DNA of 64,000 nucleotides from Candidatus Versatilivorator sp. (GTDB lineage Bacteria > Acidobacteriota > Terriglobia > Versatilivoradales > Versatilivoraceae): the NCBI GenBank assembly GCA_965207735.1, contig OZ242296.1:4320001-4384000 (forward strand), read 5' to 3'. How positions within the stretch are numbered: position 1 is the first letter of the stretch; the number at the start of each line of letters is the position of its first letter. Below, piece by piece: positions 47,899 through 58,451 of the stretch. The translations under genes were made by a program, and so were the position numbers. Below the pieces are notes generated by a model. That model was given only the letters and a program-made list of their open reading frames with translations, was not told where the DNA came from and made no database searches.

Positions 47899-48915
47899 AT
47901 GAGACAGACCGCCACCTTGATCACCGGAGCCAGCGGTGAAATGGGACATGGGCTCATTGGCCGGCTGGCGGATGAAGGCGTCGAGGACCTGGTCGCCTTG
48001 GATATCCGACCCATCGACAACCGGATCGGAAGTCAATGCAAGGCCTGCGTCAACGGAGACATTCTGGACGAGAGACTGCTGGAGAGGATGCAAAGCGAGT
48101 ACGAGATCCACACCGTCTATCACCTGGCGGCTCTGCTGTCCACGCGGGCCGAGTTTACCCCCGATGCCGCCCACCGGGTGAATGCGGGCGGCACGCTGAG
48201 ACTGCTCCAGATGGCCGTCGAGCAGTCTCAGTGGCACGGCCGCCCGGTGAAGTTCATGTTCCCCAGCTCCATCGCCGCCTACGGACTCCCCGGCCGGGCT
48301 GTCAAGCAACGCACCGGCAAGGTCCGGGAAACCGAGTGGAACTTCCCCACCACCATGTATGGCTGCAACAAGCTCTACTGCGAACATCTGGGGCGCTATT
48401 ACGCCAACCACTACCGGCAGTTGGCAGCCGATTCATCGGGTCGCGGCATCGACTTCCGCTGCATCCGCTTCCCCGGGCTCATCAGCGCCGTCACCCTGCC
48501 CAGCGGCGGCACCACCGACTACGCTCCGGAGATGATCCATGCCGCCGCCAGCGGGAAGAGGTACGGCTGCTTCGTGGTCCCCGACACCCGTCTCCCCTTC
48601 ATCGTCATGCCGGACGCCATCAACGCCCTGCTGCAACTCCAGAAGGCCCCTCGGGACAAGCTCCGTCAGACCGAGTACAACATCAGCAGCTTCAGCATGA
48701 CGGCCGCCGAAATACAGCAACGCATCCTCGAGGAGTGGCCTCATGCCGATATCGACTTCGATCCCGACCCAAAGCGCCAGGGCATCGTGGATTCCTGGCC
48801 GGCTGAAGTGGACGATTCGGCAGCCCGCACCGATTGGGGCTGGTCGCCCCGCTACGACAAGGAGGCCGCCTTCAGCCAGTACCTGATTCCTCGAATCAGG
48901 AGCCGGTATCCCTAG
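47899..48915 (+). CDS. NAD-dependent epimerase/dehydratase family, L-threonine 3-dehydrogenase-like (SDR type)
   Basis: 'ITGASGEMG', 'HLAALLS', 'PSSIA', YxxxK (YGCNK), 'GGTTDYA'. Confidence 0.85.
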   Translation: MRQTATLITGASGEMGHGLIGRLADEGVEDLVALDIRPIDNRIGSQCKACVNGDILDERLLERMQSEYEIHTVYHLAALLSTRAEFTPDAAHRVNAGGTLRLLQMAVEQSQWHGRPVKFMFPSSIAAYGLPGRAVKQRTGKVRETEWNFPTTMYGCNKLYCEHLGRYYANHYRQLAADSSGRGIDFRCIRFPGLISAVTLPSGGTTDYAPEMIHAAASGKRYGCFVVPDTRLPFIVMPDAINALLQLQKAPRDKLRQTEYNISSFSMTAAEIQQRILEEWPHADIDFDPDPKRQGIVDSWPAEVDDSAARTDWGWSPRYDKEAAFSQYLIPRIRSRYP

Positions 48916-48977
48916 TCTGGGACAGCTCTGTTGCGCCCCGAATGAGCAGCCGCGTCGCATGGGGCGGGGCGTGGCTA

Positions 48978-49138
48978 AGTGAATAGTGAAGAGTGGTGAG
49001 TGGTGGGCGGAGGGTTCCGGGAGCAGGCAAGCGCCGTAAGGCCTGGTTGCACTCTTTATGCGGCTTTTGCCGCCGCGCCAAGATCGACAAGACTCTTGAC
49101 GCATTGATTCAATCACTCTCCACTCTCCACTTACTACT
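48978..49138. repeat. Inverted heptamer arrays (agtgRWK)n ... (cactYWc)n
   Basis: agtgaat-agtgaag-agtggtg-agtggtg at 48978-49005; cactctc-cactctc-cacttac at 49114-49134. Confidence 0.65.
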
Positions 49139-50168
49139 AGAAAGCTTCGAGCTTCCCCTGGGCCAAGGCGGGCAGGCTTCCGAGCTGTTCCCGGGTTCCG
49201 AGAACAATCATCCTCAGACCGGCTGTCAATGGGGTTTCGGCGGAGGGGCTGGCGTTGATCGCGCCGTCGGCCAGCTTGCAGGCCAGAACCGTGACGCCGA
49301 ATCGGGCACGCCAACGGCACTGCTCCAGGGTCTGGCCCACCAGCGGCGAGTCGGGCGCGAGTTGGAACTGTTCCATGAAGAGCTCGATTCCACCACCGTG
49401 GGCCACCTCATCCAGGAAGTTCGCGACCTCGGGCCGGATCAGCATGGTGACCATCCTGCGGCCGCTGAAACGATAGGGCAGGATGACCCGATTGGCGCCG
49501 GCTTTCACCAGCTTGCTTTCAGACTGCTCGTCGATGGCTCGAGCCACGATCAGGAGGTCCGACCTCACGCTGCGTGCGCTGAGCACGATGAAGACGTTCT
49601 GGGCATCGGAATCGGCGGCCACCAGCAGGCCGCGGGCCCGCCCGATTCCGGCTTGAGCCAGAAGAGCTTCGTTGGCTCCATCCCCCTGGAGCGCCGGGAA
49701 ACCGGATTGGCTGACCTGAGTGATCTTTTCGGGCGAGGGATCGATCACCACGAAGGGCAGGCCCTGGGCGTCCAACTCCTGAGCCACGTGGCGGCCCACC
49801 CGGCCGTAGCCGCAGACGATGACGTGATTGGAGAGTTTGTCCAACATGCGTAGCAAGCGTCGTTTTTGGAGGTAGGCCCGTCCTTCGCCGGAGAGCAGGA
49901 AATCGGCCATGCCGCTCAGCAGGTACATGGCCAGCCATCCGGCTCCCAGAATGAGCACGATGGTGAAGAGCTTGCCACCCGGCGTCAGGGGCTTGACTTC
50001 GCCGAAGCCGACCGTGCTCAAGGTGATCACGGCCATGTAGAGGGCATCCAGCAGCGCCATGCCCTCCAGCAGCCAGAACCCCGACGCACCCAGCAGCAGC
50101 AGGCCGACCAGGGCAACCGCCGTTTTCCAGAAGCGCCGATGAGGGTGGGAAACAACCCGCCTTTGCAC
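49137..50168 (-). CDS. Potassium channel protein with TrkA-N/TrkA-C (RCK) domains
   Basis: Selectivity filter TVGFG; 'VCGYGRVG' RCK motif. Confidence 0.92.
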   Translation of the reverse strand: MQRRVVSHPHRRFWKTAVALVGLLLLGASGFWLLEGMALLDALYMAVITLSTVGFGEVKPLTPGGKLFTIVLILGAGWLAMYLLSGMADFLLSGEGRAYLQKRRLLRMLDKLSNHVIVCGYGRVGRHVAQELDAQGLPFVVIDPSPEKITQVSQSGFPALQGDGANEALLAQAGIGRARGLLVAADSDAQNVFIVLSARSVRSDLLIVARAIDEQSESKLVKAGANRVILPYRFSGRRMVTMLIRPEVANFLDEVAHGGGIELFMEQFQLAPDSPLVGQTLEQCRWRARFGVTVLACKLADGAINASPSAETPLTAGLRMIVLGTREQLGSLPALAQGKLEAF

Positions 50169-50333
50169 CAGGGACTCCTTGATCGACCCGGCAGCTCTCA
50201 GGATCAGCCAACTCGACCGAACGATAGCATAATTCAGGCCGATTCAACCAAGAGACCCTCGGCTGCCACCAACGTGGAGGGGTTTCGGGACACCGGCATA
50301 ACCCGCGCGGGCGTGTAGAATAGCAAGTGGAAT

Positions 50334-50419
50334 ATTTGTGATTGTTGATTTCTGATTGTCGATTGCGGAGCAAGGCCAACCGATGTTGCTTCAAATCAAA
50401 AATCCAAAATTCCAAAATT
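50334..50419. repeat. Inverted heptamer arrays (attKNNg)n ... (aaatcNa)n
   Basis: atttgtg-attgttg-atttctg-attgtcg-attg, then caaatcaaaaatccaaaattccaaaatt. Confidence 0.6.
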
Positions 50420-50519
50420 CACGATACTTGACTCATCTATCGACGTCGATTCGACTCAATAGCGCTGGAGAAACCGTCCCAACCCGCTCCTCCCCCGAAG
50501 CCGCCACGCGTGACAGGCC

Positions 50520-52922
50520 ATGGACCCTCCCACATTGAACATCCTGCCGGACCCGGGCGAGCCAGGCGGCCATGGCCCTTCAGGTCCCAAGCCGAACGCC
50601 GTGCGGGACCCAGTGTGCGGCATGTGGGTCGACCCCAAGACCGCGGCCGATTCGTACGCCTTTGGCGGCCAGACCTATTACTTCTGCCGCTCGCATTGCC
50701 GGACCGAATTCGAGGCCGACCCCGATCGCTATCTGGGCAGCCGGGAGACCGCCGCGGGCCCAGCCTCCGTCACCGAAACACCGGTCTTGAAGGACGAGGG
50801 CCAAACGGCGAGCTACACCTGCCCCATGCACCCCGAGGTCCTGGCCGACCGACCCGGTGCCTGTCCCCTGTGCGGCATGGCCCTGGAACCCAAAGCGATA
50901 ACCCTGAAGGAGCCCGACAATCCTGAGCTGTCCACCATGGGGAGCCGTTTCAAGGTCAGCCTGGTTCTAACTCTACCCATCTTCCTGCTGGCCATGTCGG
51001 AGATGATCGGGGGCAGCTTCCCGCGGCAGCACTGGCTGGCCGGGGTCTCGGCCTGGATTCAGTGCCTGCTGGCCGCCCCGGTGGTCTTCTGGGGGGGGTG
51101 GCCGCTACTGGCGCGCGGGTGGACTTCCCTGGCCCACCGCAGCCCCAACATGTTCACCCTGATCGGACTGGGCACAGCGACCAGCTACCTCTACAGCCTG
51201 ACAGCCACGCTGGCCCCCTCCCTGTTCCCCGATGCCTTTCGAGGTCCGGACGGAGCCGTCCCCGTTTATTTCGAAGCGGCCGCCGTTATCACCACTCTGG
51301 TGCTGCTGGGACAGGTACTGGAGCTTCGGGCCCGGCAGCGGACCGGCAGCGCCATCCGCTCGCTCCTGAGCCTGGCCCCCGAAACCGCACACCGATTGCG
51401 CGAGGACGAAGCGGAGGAGGAAATCCCGCTGGACCGAGTCTCCGTCGATGCGCGCTTGCGGGTTCGACCCGGAGAGCGCATCCCGACAGACGGAGAGGTC
51501 CTGGAGGGCTCCAGCTCGGTGGATGAATCCATGCTGACCGGCGAGCCCCTTCCGGTCCAGAAACTTCCGGCTGACCGGGTGACCGGCGGCACCATGAATC
51601 AGACCGGCAGTTTCGTCATGCGCGCCACCCGGGTGGGACAGGACACCCTGTTGGCCCGGATCGTCCGGATGGTGGCCGAAGCCCAGAGGACAAGCGCACC
51701 CATCCAGCGCTTCGCCGACGCGGTTTCCGCCCGCTTCGTCCCCGCGGTCCTCCTGGTGGCCCTGTTGACCTTTGTGGTCTGGAGCCTGCTGGGCCCGCAG
51801 CCGCCGATGGCCTACGCCCTGATCAATGCCGTGGCCGTTTTGATTATCGCCTGCCCCTGCGCTCTCGGCCTGGCCACACCCATGTCCATCATGGTGGCGA
51901 CCGGACGGGGAGCCGGCTCCGGCGTGCTGGTCAAGAATGCCGCGGCCCTGGAAGCTCTGGACAGCATCGACACCCTGGTGCTGGACAAGACGGGAACTCT
52001 CACCGAGGGCAGGCCCCGGCTGCGGACGCTGGTGGCCCTGCCGGGCTGGAGCGACGAGGAGCTGTTGTCGGCGGTGGCCAGCCTGGAGCAGGCCAGCGAG
52101 CACCCCCTGGCAGGGGCCATCCTGGAAGCGGCCAAAAGCCGCGGCCTTGACGCGGCCCCCGTCCAAGAATTCCAAGCCGTTCCTGGGAGAGGGATTCGGG
52201 GACGCGTCCGAGGACGGTCCCTGGTAGTGGGCAACGCCAAGATGCTGGAGGAATTGGGGATCGAGACGGGGGCGCCCCACCATCGCAGGGACAATCTGAT
52301 GGAGTCGGGCCAGGCCGTGGTGCTGGTGGCGGCCGACGGCCGATTGGCCGGATGGCTGGGGGTGGAAGACCCCCTCAAAAGCTCTGCCAAGGAGGCCGTG
52401 TTCCGACTGCAGCGTTCGGGACTGCGGATCCTGATGGTCACCGGGGACCACCGAACCTCCGCCGAAAAAGTGGCCTATGAGTTGGGGATCGACCAGGTCG
52501 TGGCCGAGGTGGATCCCCGCGAGAAGGGAGCGATCGTCAAACGGCTGCAAGCGGAAGGCAAGCGGGTGGCCATGGCCGGCGACGGCATCAACGACGCCCC
52601 GGCGCTGGCCCAGGCACAGGTGGGCATCGCCATGGGGGGCGGCACCGACGTGGCCATCGAGAGCGCCGGGATCACCCTGGTGGGAGGGGACCTGGGAGGC
52701 CTGGTTCGGGCCTTCCGCCTCAGCCAACGGACCATGCGCAACATTCGCCAGAACCTGTTTCTGGCATTTGTCTACAACCTGCTGGGCATTCCGGTTGCCG
52801 CCGGCCTCCTCTATCCGCTCTTCGGCTTGTTCCTGAACCCCATGATTGCCGCCGCCGCCATGACCTTCAGCTCCCTGTCGGTCATCGGCAACGCCCTCCG
52901 TCTCAGACGCCTGCCGCTGTGA
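50520..52922 (+). CDS. copA: Cu(+)-translocating P1B-type ATPase with YHS and heavy-metal-binding domains
   Basis: 'DPVCGM' YHS, 'YTCPMHP', CPC, DKTGT, 'SEHP', '[10 protein letters not shown]', YN and MxxSS motifs. Confidence 0.93.
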   Translation: MDPPTLNILPDPGEPGGHGPSGPKPNAVRDPVCGMWVDPKTAADSYAFGGQTYYFCRSHCRTEFEADPDRYLGSRETAAGPASVTETPVLKDEGQTASYTCPMHPEVLADRPGACPLCGMALEPKAITLKEPDNPELSTMGSRFKVSLVLTLPIFLLAMSEMIGGSFPRQHWLAGVSAWIQCLLAAPVVFWGGWPLLARGWTSLAHRSPNMFTLIGLGTATSYLYSLTATLAPSLFPDAFRGPDGAVPVYFEAAAVITTLVLLGQVLELRARQRTGSAIRSLLSLAPETAHRLREDEAEEEIPLDRVSVDARLRVRPGERIPTDGEVLEGSSSVDESMLTGEPLPVQKLPADRVTGGTMNQTGSFVMRATRVGQDTLLARIVRMVAEAQRTSAPIQRFADAVSARFVPAVLLVALLTFVVWSLLGPQPPMAYALINAVAVLIIACPCALGLATPMSIMVATGRGAGSGVLVKNAAALEALDSIDTLVLDKTGTLTEGRPRLRTLVALPGWSDEELLSAVASLEQASEHPLAGAILEAAKSRGLDAAPVQEFQAVPGRGIRGRVRGRSLVVGNAKMLEELGIETGAPHHRRDNLMESGQAVVLVAADGRLAGWLGVEDPLKSSAKEAVFRLQRSGLRILMVTGDHRTSAEKVAYELGIDQVVAEVDPREKGAIVKRLQAEGKRVAMAGDGINDAPALAQAQVGIAMGGGTDVAIESAGITLVGGDLGGLVRAFRLSQRTMRNIRQNLFLAFVYNLLGIPVAAGLLYPLFGLFLNPMIAAAAMTFSSLSVIGNALRLRRLPL

Positions 52923-53068
52923 GGATCGGGAATTAGGATCTTGCCTCCGGTGGCGGGCGGGAACCGTTGCGCCACTCTCCAATCAAGGGGTACAGTAGTG
53001 CAGAGCCCGGCTGGGGCGGGCTGCGGGTCAGGTTGCGAGCAGGGGTGCAGGAATCGGGAGGCAATGGA

Positions 53069-53863
53069 TTGCCGTTCACCGAATACCACAGGCGTGGCAG
53101 GCGCTTCCTCCACACGCTGGGACTGCCGCTGCTGGCAATGACTCTGACCTCGGCGGGACTGACTGCCGGCGAGCGGCATTCGCCCCGGGAGATTATCGAC
53201 CGAGTGGACCGCGTTTTGAGAGGAGCCTCCAGCCGCGGCGTAGCCACCATGAGGGTGATCACCCGGCACTGGGAACGAAGCCTGACCATGGAGGTCTGGT
53301 CCCTGGGCAGCGACTACTCCCTGGTCCGGGTCCTCTCTCCCGCCAAGGAAGCCGGCACGGGCACCCTGAAAGCCTCCAGGGACATCTGGAACTACCTGCC
53401 CAAGGTGGACCGTACCATCAAGATTCCCGCCTCCATGATGATGGGATCCTGGATGGGCTCCCACTTCACCAACGATGACCTGGTCAAGGAAAGCCGCCTG
53501 GTCGAGGATTACGAAATAGAAACCACCTTTGAAGGAACTCGCGAAAATGTCAAGGTCTGGGAATTTGCCCTGACCCCAAAGCCTGAAGCCGCCGTGGTCT
53601 GGGGAAAGATCGACTACCGGGTCCGTCAACGGGATTTCATGCCTCTGCAGGCACGCTACTTCGATGAAGAGGGCGAACTGGTGCGAACCCTTACCTTCAG
53701 CGACTTTCGGCGCATGGGAGACCGCCTGGTTCCGGCCCACATGGACATGCATCCTCACGACAAACCGGGGGAGCGGACGACCGTGAGCTACGACGAGCTG
53801 CAATTCGACCTGGACATCGACAAGTCCTTCTTCTCCCTGCGGACCCTCCGGCGCGGGAGGTGA
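53069..53863 (+). CDS. Outer-membrane lipoprotein-sorting (LolA-like) protein
   Basis: 'P.KE.G...LK...IW.YLPKVDRTIKI...WMGSHFTNDDL'; TTG start after GGAGG inferred (ORF open from 52967). Confidence 0.85.
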   Translation: MPFTEYHRRGRRFLHTLGLPLLAMTLTSAGLTAGERHSPREIIDRVDRVLRGASSRGVATMRVITRHWERSLTMEVWSLGSDYSLVRVLSPAKEAGTGTLKASRDIWNYLPKVDRTIKIPASMMMGSWMGSHFTNDDLVKESRLVEDYEIETTFEGTRENVKVWEFALTPKPEAAVVWGKIDYRVRQRDFMPLQARYFDEEGELVRTLTFSDFRRMGDRLVPAHMDMHPHDKPGERTTVSYDELQFDLDIDKSFFSLRTLRRGR

Positions 53864-53869
53864 GCGACC

Positions 53870-55129
53870 ATGGCTCTGCCTTCCTGGTGGCTAATCGGCT
53901 GGCGCAATCTCGGCCGCAACCCCAAACGCACCTTCATCACGGCCCTGGGCCTGGCAGCCGGCTACTTTGCCGTCATCTTCATGGTAGGCTTCGCCGACGG
54001 ACTCAAGGTGGAGATGATCGACAACGGCACCGGCCTGATGACGGGGCAGATACAGATCCACTCGCCCCGCTACAGGCCGGACCGCAGCCTCTACGAGACC
54101 ATCGGGGGCCGTGCCGGAGCCGACTTCGAAGCCGTAATCCGGACTGCGGTCCGAGACCCCGCCGTGGTCGGGGCCGCTCCCCGAGTCTACGGCGCGGGGC
54201 TTCTGAGCTCGGGACAATCCACCAGGGGTGGCATGCTGATGGGCATCGACCTCGATCGCGAGCCCGGGGTCAGTCGCCTCATGAATTCTCTTTCGCAAGG
54301 GCGGGCTCCAGCCCCGGCAGCCAACGAACTGATGATCGGAACCGAAATGGCTCGCCGGCTCGAACTGCAGGTCGGCAACGAGGTCATCCTGGTGGCTCCC
54401 GCGGCAGACGGCTCCATGGGCAACGACATTTTCCAGGTATGCGGGCTCTACCGGACGGGAATGGCGGACCTGGACGGCGCCTTCGCCCTGGTGCCGATCC
54501 GGTCGCTGCAGCGTTTGCTGGCTCTCGATCCGGGGAGGATTCACGAGATCGCCCTCTCTACCGCCGATCCCTGGCTGGCTCCGGAAGCCGGCCGCCGGCT
54601 GGTTGCCGGCCTGGCGCCCCTGGGGGTAGAGCTGGAGGTCCTTGACTGGACCCGGCTGCGGCCGGAGATGCTCGAATACGCGCTTTTGATGGATTCCTGG
54701 TACTCGATCGTGGTGCTCATCGTCTTCGCCTTCGCCCTGTTCGGCGTCGCCAACACCATGCTCATGTCCACTTTCGAGCGACGGCGGGAGTTCTCGGTGA
54801 TGCTGGCTCTGGGAGCCAGACCCCACCAGATATTGCTCACGGTGGTTTCGGAAGCCACGGCGCTGGGATGGATCAGCCTGGCCCTGGGCGTGGCCGTCAC
54901 CTTTCCGCTCATTGCCTGGTGGCACCATTACCCGATCGACCTGAGCTGGATCTACGGCGATCTCACCATGTTGGGAGCGCTGATACGCCCCGTTCTCAGG
55001 ATCGAGTACAACCTCCCCGTGTCTCTGTGGACCGGCCTGGCGCTGCTGGTGACCGCGGTGACAGCCGGTCTCTACCCGGCGGCGCGAGCCGCATGGCTGC
55101 CACCGGCCGACACGCTCTCGGGCCTATGA
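53870..55129 (+). CDS. ABC transporter permease (FtsX/LolE-like)
   Basis: 'WRNLGRN.KRT', 'NTMLMS.FERRREF..MLALG'. Confidence 0.88.
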   Translation: MALPSWWLIGWRNLGRNPKRTFITALGLAAGYFAVIFMVGFADGLKVEMIDNGTGLMTGQIQIHSPRYRPDRSLYETIGGRAGADFEAVIRTAVRDPAVVGAAPRVYGAGLLSSGQSTRGGMLMGIDLDREPGVSRLMNSLSQGRAPAPAANELMIGTEMARRLELQVGNEVILVAPAADGSMGNDIFQVCGLYRTGMADLDGAFALVPIRSLQRLLALDPGRIHEIALSTADPWLAPEAGRRLVAGLAPLGVELEVLDWTRLRPEMLEYALLMDSWYSIVVLIVFAFALFGVANTMLMSTFERRREFSVMLALGARPHQILLTVVSEATALGWISLALGVAVTFPLIAWWHHYPIDLSWIYGDLTMLGALIRPVLRIEYNLPVSLWTGLALLVTAVTAGLYPAARAAWLPPADTLSGL

Positions 55130-56403
55130 GCTTCAAGACCGCCGTCATTACCAAACTGGCCCTGCGCAACCTGAGAAGACAGGCCAGACGCAGCCTGCTG
55201 ACGGCTGCCTCCATGATTGCAGGCGGCGCCCTGTTGATTTTCAGCCTGATCCTGGGGGACGGAACCCACGAACAATGGATCGACTCGGCCGTGCGCATGG
55301 CTGACGGACACCTTACGATCCAGTCGCCCCGATTCCAGGGGAGCCGCGCCCTGAAGGACCGGATGCCTGGCGAATCCCGAGCCATTGTGGAACAAGCCTT
55401 GCTCCAAGGAGGCACAGTCGGCGAGATCCGTGTCATGGCCCCCCGGCTCGCCGTCACCGGCATGGCCAGCTCCGCGGCCGGGGCGCGACCAGCTCGCATC
55501 CTGGGGGTCGACCCTGCTGTTGAGGCCTCCTTTTCCGTCCTGGACGAGAAAGTGCGGCAGGGCCGATACCTGCGACCAGGCGACAGGCTGGCCGCCTACG
55601 TGGGAATCGGGCTCCTCGAAGCCCTCGATCTGCGGCTGGGCTCCAAGTTTGTCCTCACCGCCCAGGATGCCGGCGGGGAGATCGCCGGCCAGCTGGTTCG
55701 GGTGGTAGGGACCTTTCGCACCGGCATCCCCGAGGTGGACCGCTCGCTCCTGCATATACCGCTTTCCACCGCCGGGGCCTGGCTGGGCTGCAGCGGCGAT
55801 GTCACCTCCATGGGGCTGCTGTTGGGGAACAGCGAGCAGGTGCCTCAGGTTCGGCGCTCACTGCAGCAAAGGCTCTCGGAAACTCACGGGACGGAAGCGT
55901 TGCGGGCATTGAGCTGGCGGGAATCCCTGCCGGAGCTGGATGCCGCCGTAAAGATCGATGACTTCTCCAACTACCTCTTTCAGGGGATCCTTTTCGGCAT
56001 CATCGCCCTGGGAATCGTCAACACGGTGCTCATGTCGGTGATGTATAGGAGGAGGGAGTTCGGCGTGCTTCAGGCCCTGGGTCTGACTCCCGGCCAATCG
56101 GCCAGCCTGGTTCTGGTGGAGGGCTTGATTCTGACCGTTCTCAGCGGGACTATCGGCATTGCCCTGGGTCTGTCGGTCACCTGGTTCGTCTGGGGAGAGG
56201 GGCTTGACCTATCCTCCATGATGGACAATGAGTGGACTTTCTCCGGGGTGGTGATGGAGCCGCTGGTGGTGCCCAGATTTCGGGTGGTCCGGGTTGTGCA
56301 GGGTCTGTCGTTCATTATTGTCATTGGTATGCTGGCCTCCCTCTACCCGGCCCTGAGAGCCGTGCGCATCGACGTGGCCGAAACCATGAAGTTCGAGCGC
56401 TGA
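55126..56403 (+). CDS. ABC transporter permease (FtsX/LolC-like)
   Basis: 'ALRNLRRQ.RRS', 'NTVLMSV..RRREFGVL.ALG'; ATGA overlap with the previous gene. Confidence 0.88.
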   Translation: MSFKTAVITKLALRNLRRQARRSLLTAASMIAGGALLIFSLILGDGTHEQWIDSAVRMADGHLTIQSPRFQGSRALKDRMPGESRAIVEQALLQGGTVGEIRVMAPRLAVTGMASSAAGARPARILGVDPAVEASFSVLDEKVRQGRYLRPGDRLAAYVGIGLLEALDLRLGSKFVLTAQDAGGEIAGQLVRVVGTFRTGIPEVDRSLLHIPLSTAGAWLGCSGDVTSMGLLLGNSEQVPQVRRSLQQRLSETHGTEALRALSWRESLPELDAAVKIDDFSNYLFQGILFGIIALGIVNTVLMSVMYRRREFGVLQALGLTPGQSASLVLVEGLILTVLSGTIGIALGLSVTWFVWGEGLDLSSMMDNEWTFSGVVMEPLVVPRFRVVRVVQGLSFIIVIGMLASLYPALRAVRIDVAETMKFER

Positions 56404-56415
56404 AGGAGCGAGATT

Positions 56416-57123
56416 GTGGGCAACCCGGCCCTGCGTACCGAAGCGGTGTGGAAGGTCTTTCATCAGGAAGCGGAAGAGGTGCGGGCCGTGCGCGGGGTCA
56501 CCCTCACCATCCAGCCCGGAGAGTTCGTGGTGCTGGCCGGCCCCTCGGGATCGGGCAAGACCACCCTGCTCAACCTGATCGGGGGATTGACCCCGCCCAC
56601 GGACGGCCGAGTGTGGGTGGATGGACTGGAACTGACCCGGATGAGCAGTCGCGAGCTTGCCCGGATGCGCCTGGAGAAACTGGGCTTCATCTTCCAGTCC
56701 TACAACCTGCTGCCGGTCCTCTCGGCCCTGGAGAACGCCGAGTTCCCGCTGCTGTTGCGTGGCCTGGAGCGAGGCCGACGAGAGCGGCGGGTCCGCGAAC
56801 TGTTTCAGCGCACCGGACTGGCGGGGCTGGAACACCGCCGGCCCGGGAAGCTGTCGGGGGGGCAGCAGCAGCGGGTGGCCGTCATCCGGGCGGTGGTGGG
56901 AGAACCCGCCCTGGTCCTGGCGGACGAGCCCACCGCCAACCTCGACTCGGCCGCCAGCGACGTCCTGCTGACCGTGATGGAGGAACTGAACCGGGATCTT
57001 GGAACCACCTTCCTCTTCGCCACCCACGACTCCCGACTGATGGAACGGTCCCGTCGCCTGATCCACCTGGTCGACGGTCAAATCGTCTCTGACCAATGGC
57101 AAGAGCCCCGGCGCGAATTATAG
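56416..57123 (+). CDS. ABC transporter ATP-binding protein (LolD-like)
   Basis: GPSGSGKT, LSGGQQQR, ADEPTANLD. Confidence 0.92.
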   Translation: MGNPALRTEAVWKVFHQEAEEVRAVRGVTLTIQPGEFVVLAGPSGSGKTTLLNLIGGLTPPTDGRVWVDGLELTRMSSRELARMRLEKLGFIFQSYNLLPVLSALENAEFPLLLRGLERGRRERRVRELFQRTGLAGLEHRRPGKLSGGQQQRVAVIRAVVGEPALVLADEPTANLDSAASDVLLTVMEELNRDLGTTFLFATHDSRLMERSRRLIHLVDGQIVSDQWQEPRREL

Positions 57124-58301
57124 TTTCCGCTGCATTCCTCCTGGCCATGGGGGTGAACCAGGGCGGCCCCGGACCGGCAGCGGCCCAGACGCCCCTGATC
57201 CGGGGTTACTATCACAACCTTCCCCTGTGGAGCCGGGCGACCCCCTCCCGTGCCGGGTTCTTCGGCGACTTCAACCGTTTCCGGCTGATGAGCGAGCCTC
57301 GCTGGGGGCCCCTCTCCCTGGAGATCGCTTACGAGCACACCCTCGGCTTGAACCGGCTGCAGACCTCCCCCGCGCTTGCGATCGCCGGCGTCCCCGAAAT
57401 CAGTCCCTGGCTGGACCTCCAATGGAACCTTTGGGAAAAGGAGCATGTGAGCTGGCAGCATCGCTTCGATCGCCTCAACCTGAGCTGGGCGCCCACCGGA
57501 AATCTGGACGTGACGCTGGGGCGCCAGACCGCCTCCTGGGCGACCACGCTCTTTCTCACCCCGGCCGACCCCTTTTCCCCCTTCAACCCCGCCGATCCCT
57601 TTCGGGCCTACCGGGGAGGCATCGACGCCGCCCGGCTTCAATTCCATCCGGGCCCTCTCAGCCAGGTCGAGGTGGTGGTGCGGCCCACCCGGTCGGCCGC
57701 CGGGAGGGAAATCACTGCCCTGGGGCGAGGCCTGGCTACCTGGAAGAACTGGGAAATCTCGGGTTGGGCCGGAGCGCTCTTCGACGAGCCTGCCGCGGCC
57801 GGGGCGGTTTCCGGCTCGCTGGGCCCCGTGGCGCTGCGCGGCGAGGCATCGCTGCGCAGGATACATGGTGAAACCGTGCTGAGAGGAACCCTGGGCATCG
57901 ACCGCCGCCTCACCGTATCCAACCGCGACCTCTACCTGGTGGCCGAGTACCAGCACGACGGCCTGGGCGCCGCCGGCGCCGATGAAACCTCGTCGGTCCT
58001 GGAGTCTGCGGTCTTCACCCGGGGCGAGATGCAGGTTCTGGGGCGCGACGAGGCCGCCGCCCAGGCCCAATATCAGCTCCATCCCCTATGGAGCCTGTCG
58101 CTGCTCTGCCTGTGGAACCTCAACGACCGCAGCTCTCTGCTGGCTCCAAGCCTCTCCTACTCGGCAAGCAACGAAGTCACCATCACCGGCGGCCTCTTCA
58201 AGGGATTCGGCGATATCTCCCCGGGCTCCGAGGAACCGCCCGCCTCCGAATATGGAGGCCTCGGCACCACGGCCTACCTTTCGTTGAGCATTTACTTCTG
58301 A
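57096..58301 (+). CDS. Hypothetical outer-membrane beta-barrel protein of the Lol-like operon
   Basis: Signal peptide, 'TLGRQ...W', 'GIDA.R', C-terminal aromatic residue (IYF). Confidence 0.65.
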   Translation: MARAPARIIVSAAFLLAMGVNQGGPGPAAAQTPLIRGYYHNLPLWSRATPSRAGFFGDFNRFRLMSEPRWGPLSLEIAYEHTLGLNRLQTSPALAIAGVPEISPWLDLQWNLWEKEHVSWQHRFDRLNLSWAPTGNLDVTLGRQTASWATTLFLTPADPFSPFNPADPFRAYRGGIDAARLQFHPGPLSQVEVVVRPTRSAAGREITALGRGLATWKNWEISGWAGALFDEPAAAGAVSGSLGPVALRGEASLRRIHGETVLRGTLGIDRRLTVSNRDLYLVAEYQHDGLGAAGADETSSVLESAVFTRGEMQVLGRDEAAAQAQYQLHPLWSLSLLCLWNLNDRSSLLAPSLSYSASNEVTITGGLFKGFGDISPGSEEPPASEYGGLGTTAYLSLSIYF

Positions 58302-58451
58302 AAGCCCGCACGATCTATTCCCGGGCTTGGGCCTGCACCCTCCTCGTCCGTGATAGACTTACGCGGCACGCGCACCATGCCCAGGCCAGGGACGGTCCCA
58401 AATGCCGGGGCTGATGCCCCCGTTCCATCCGGAGAATTCAAAGGAGCCGCC

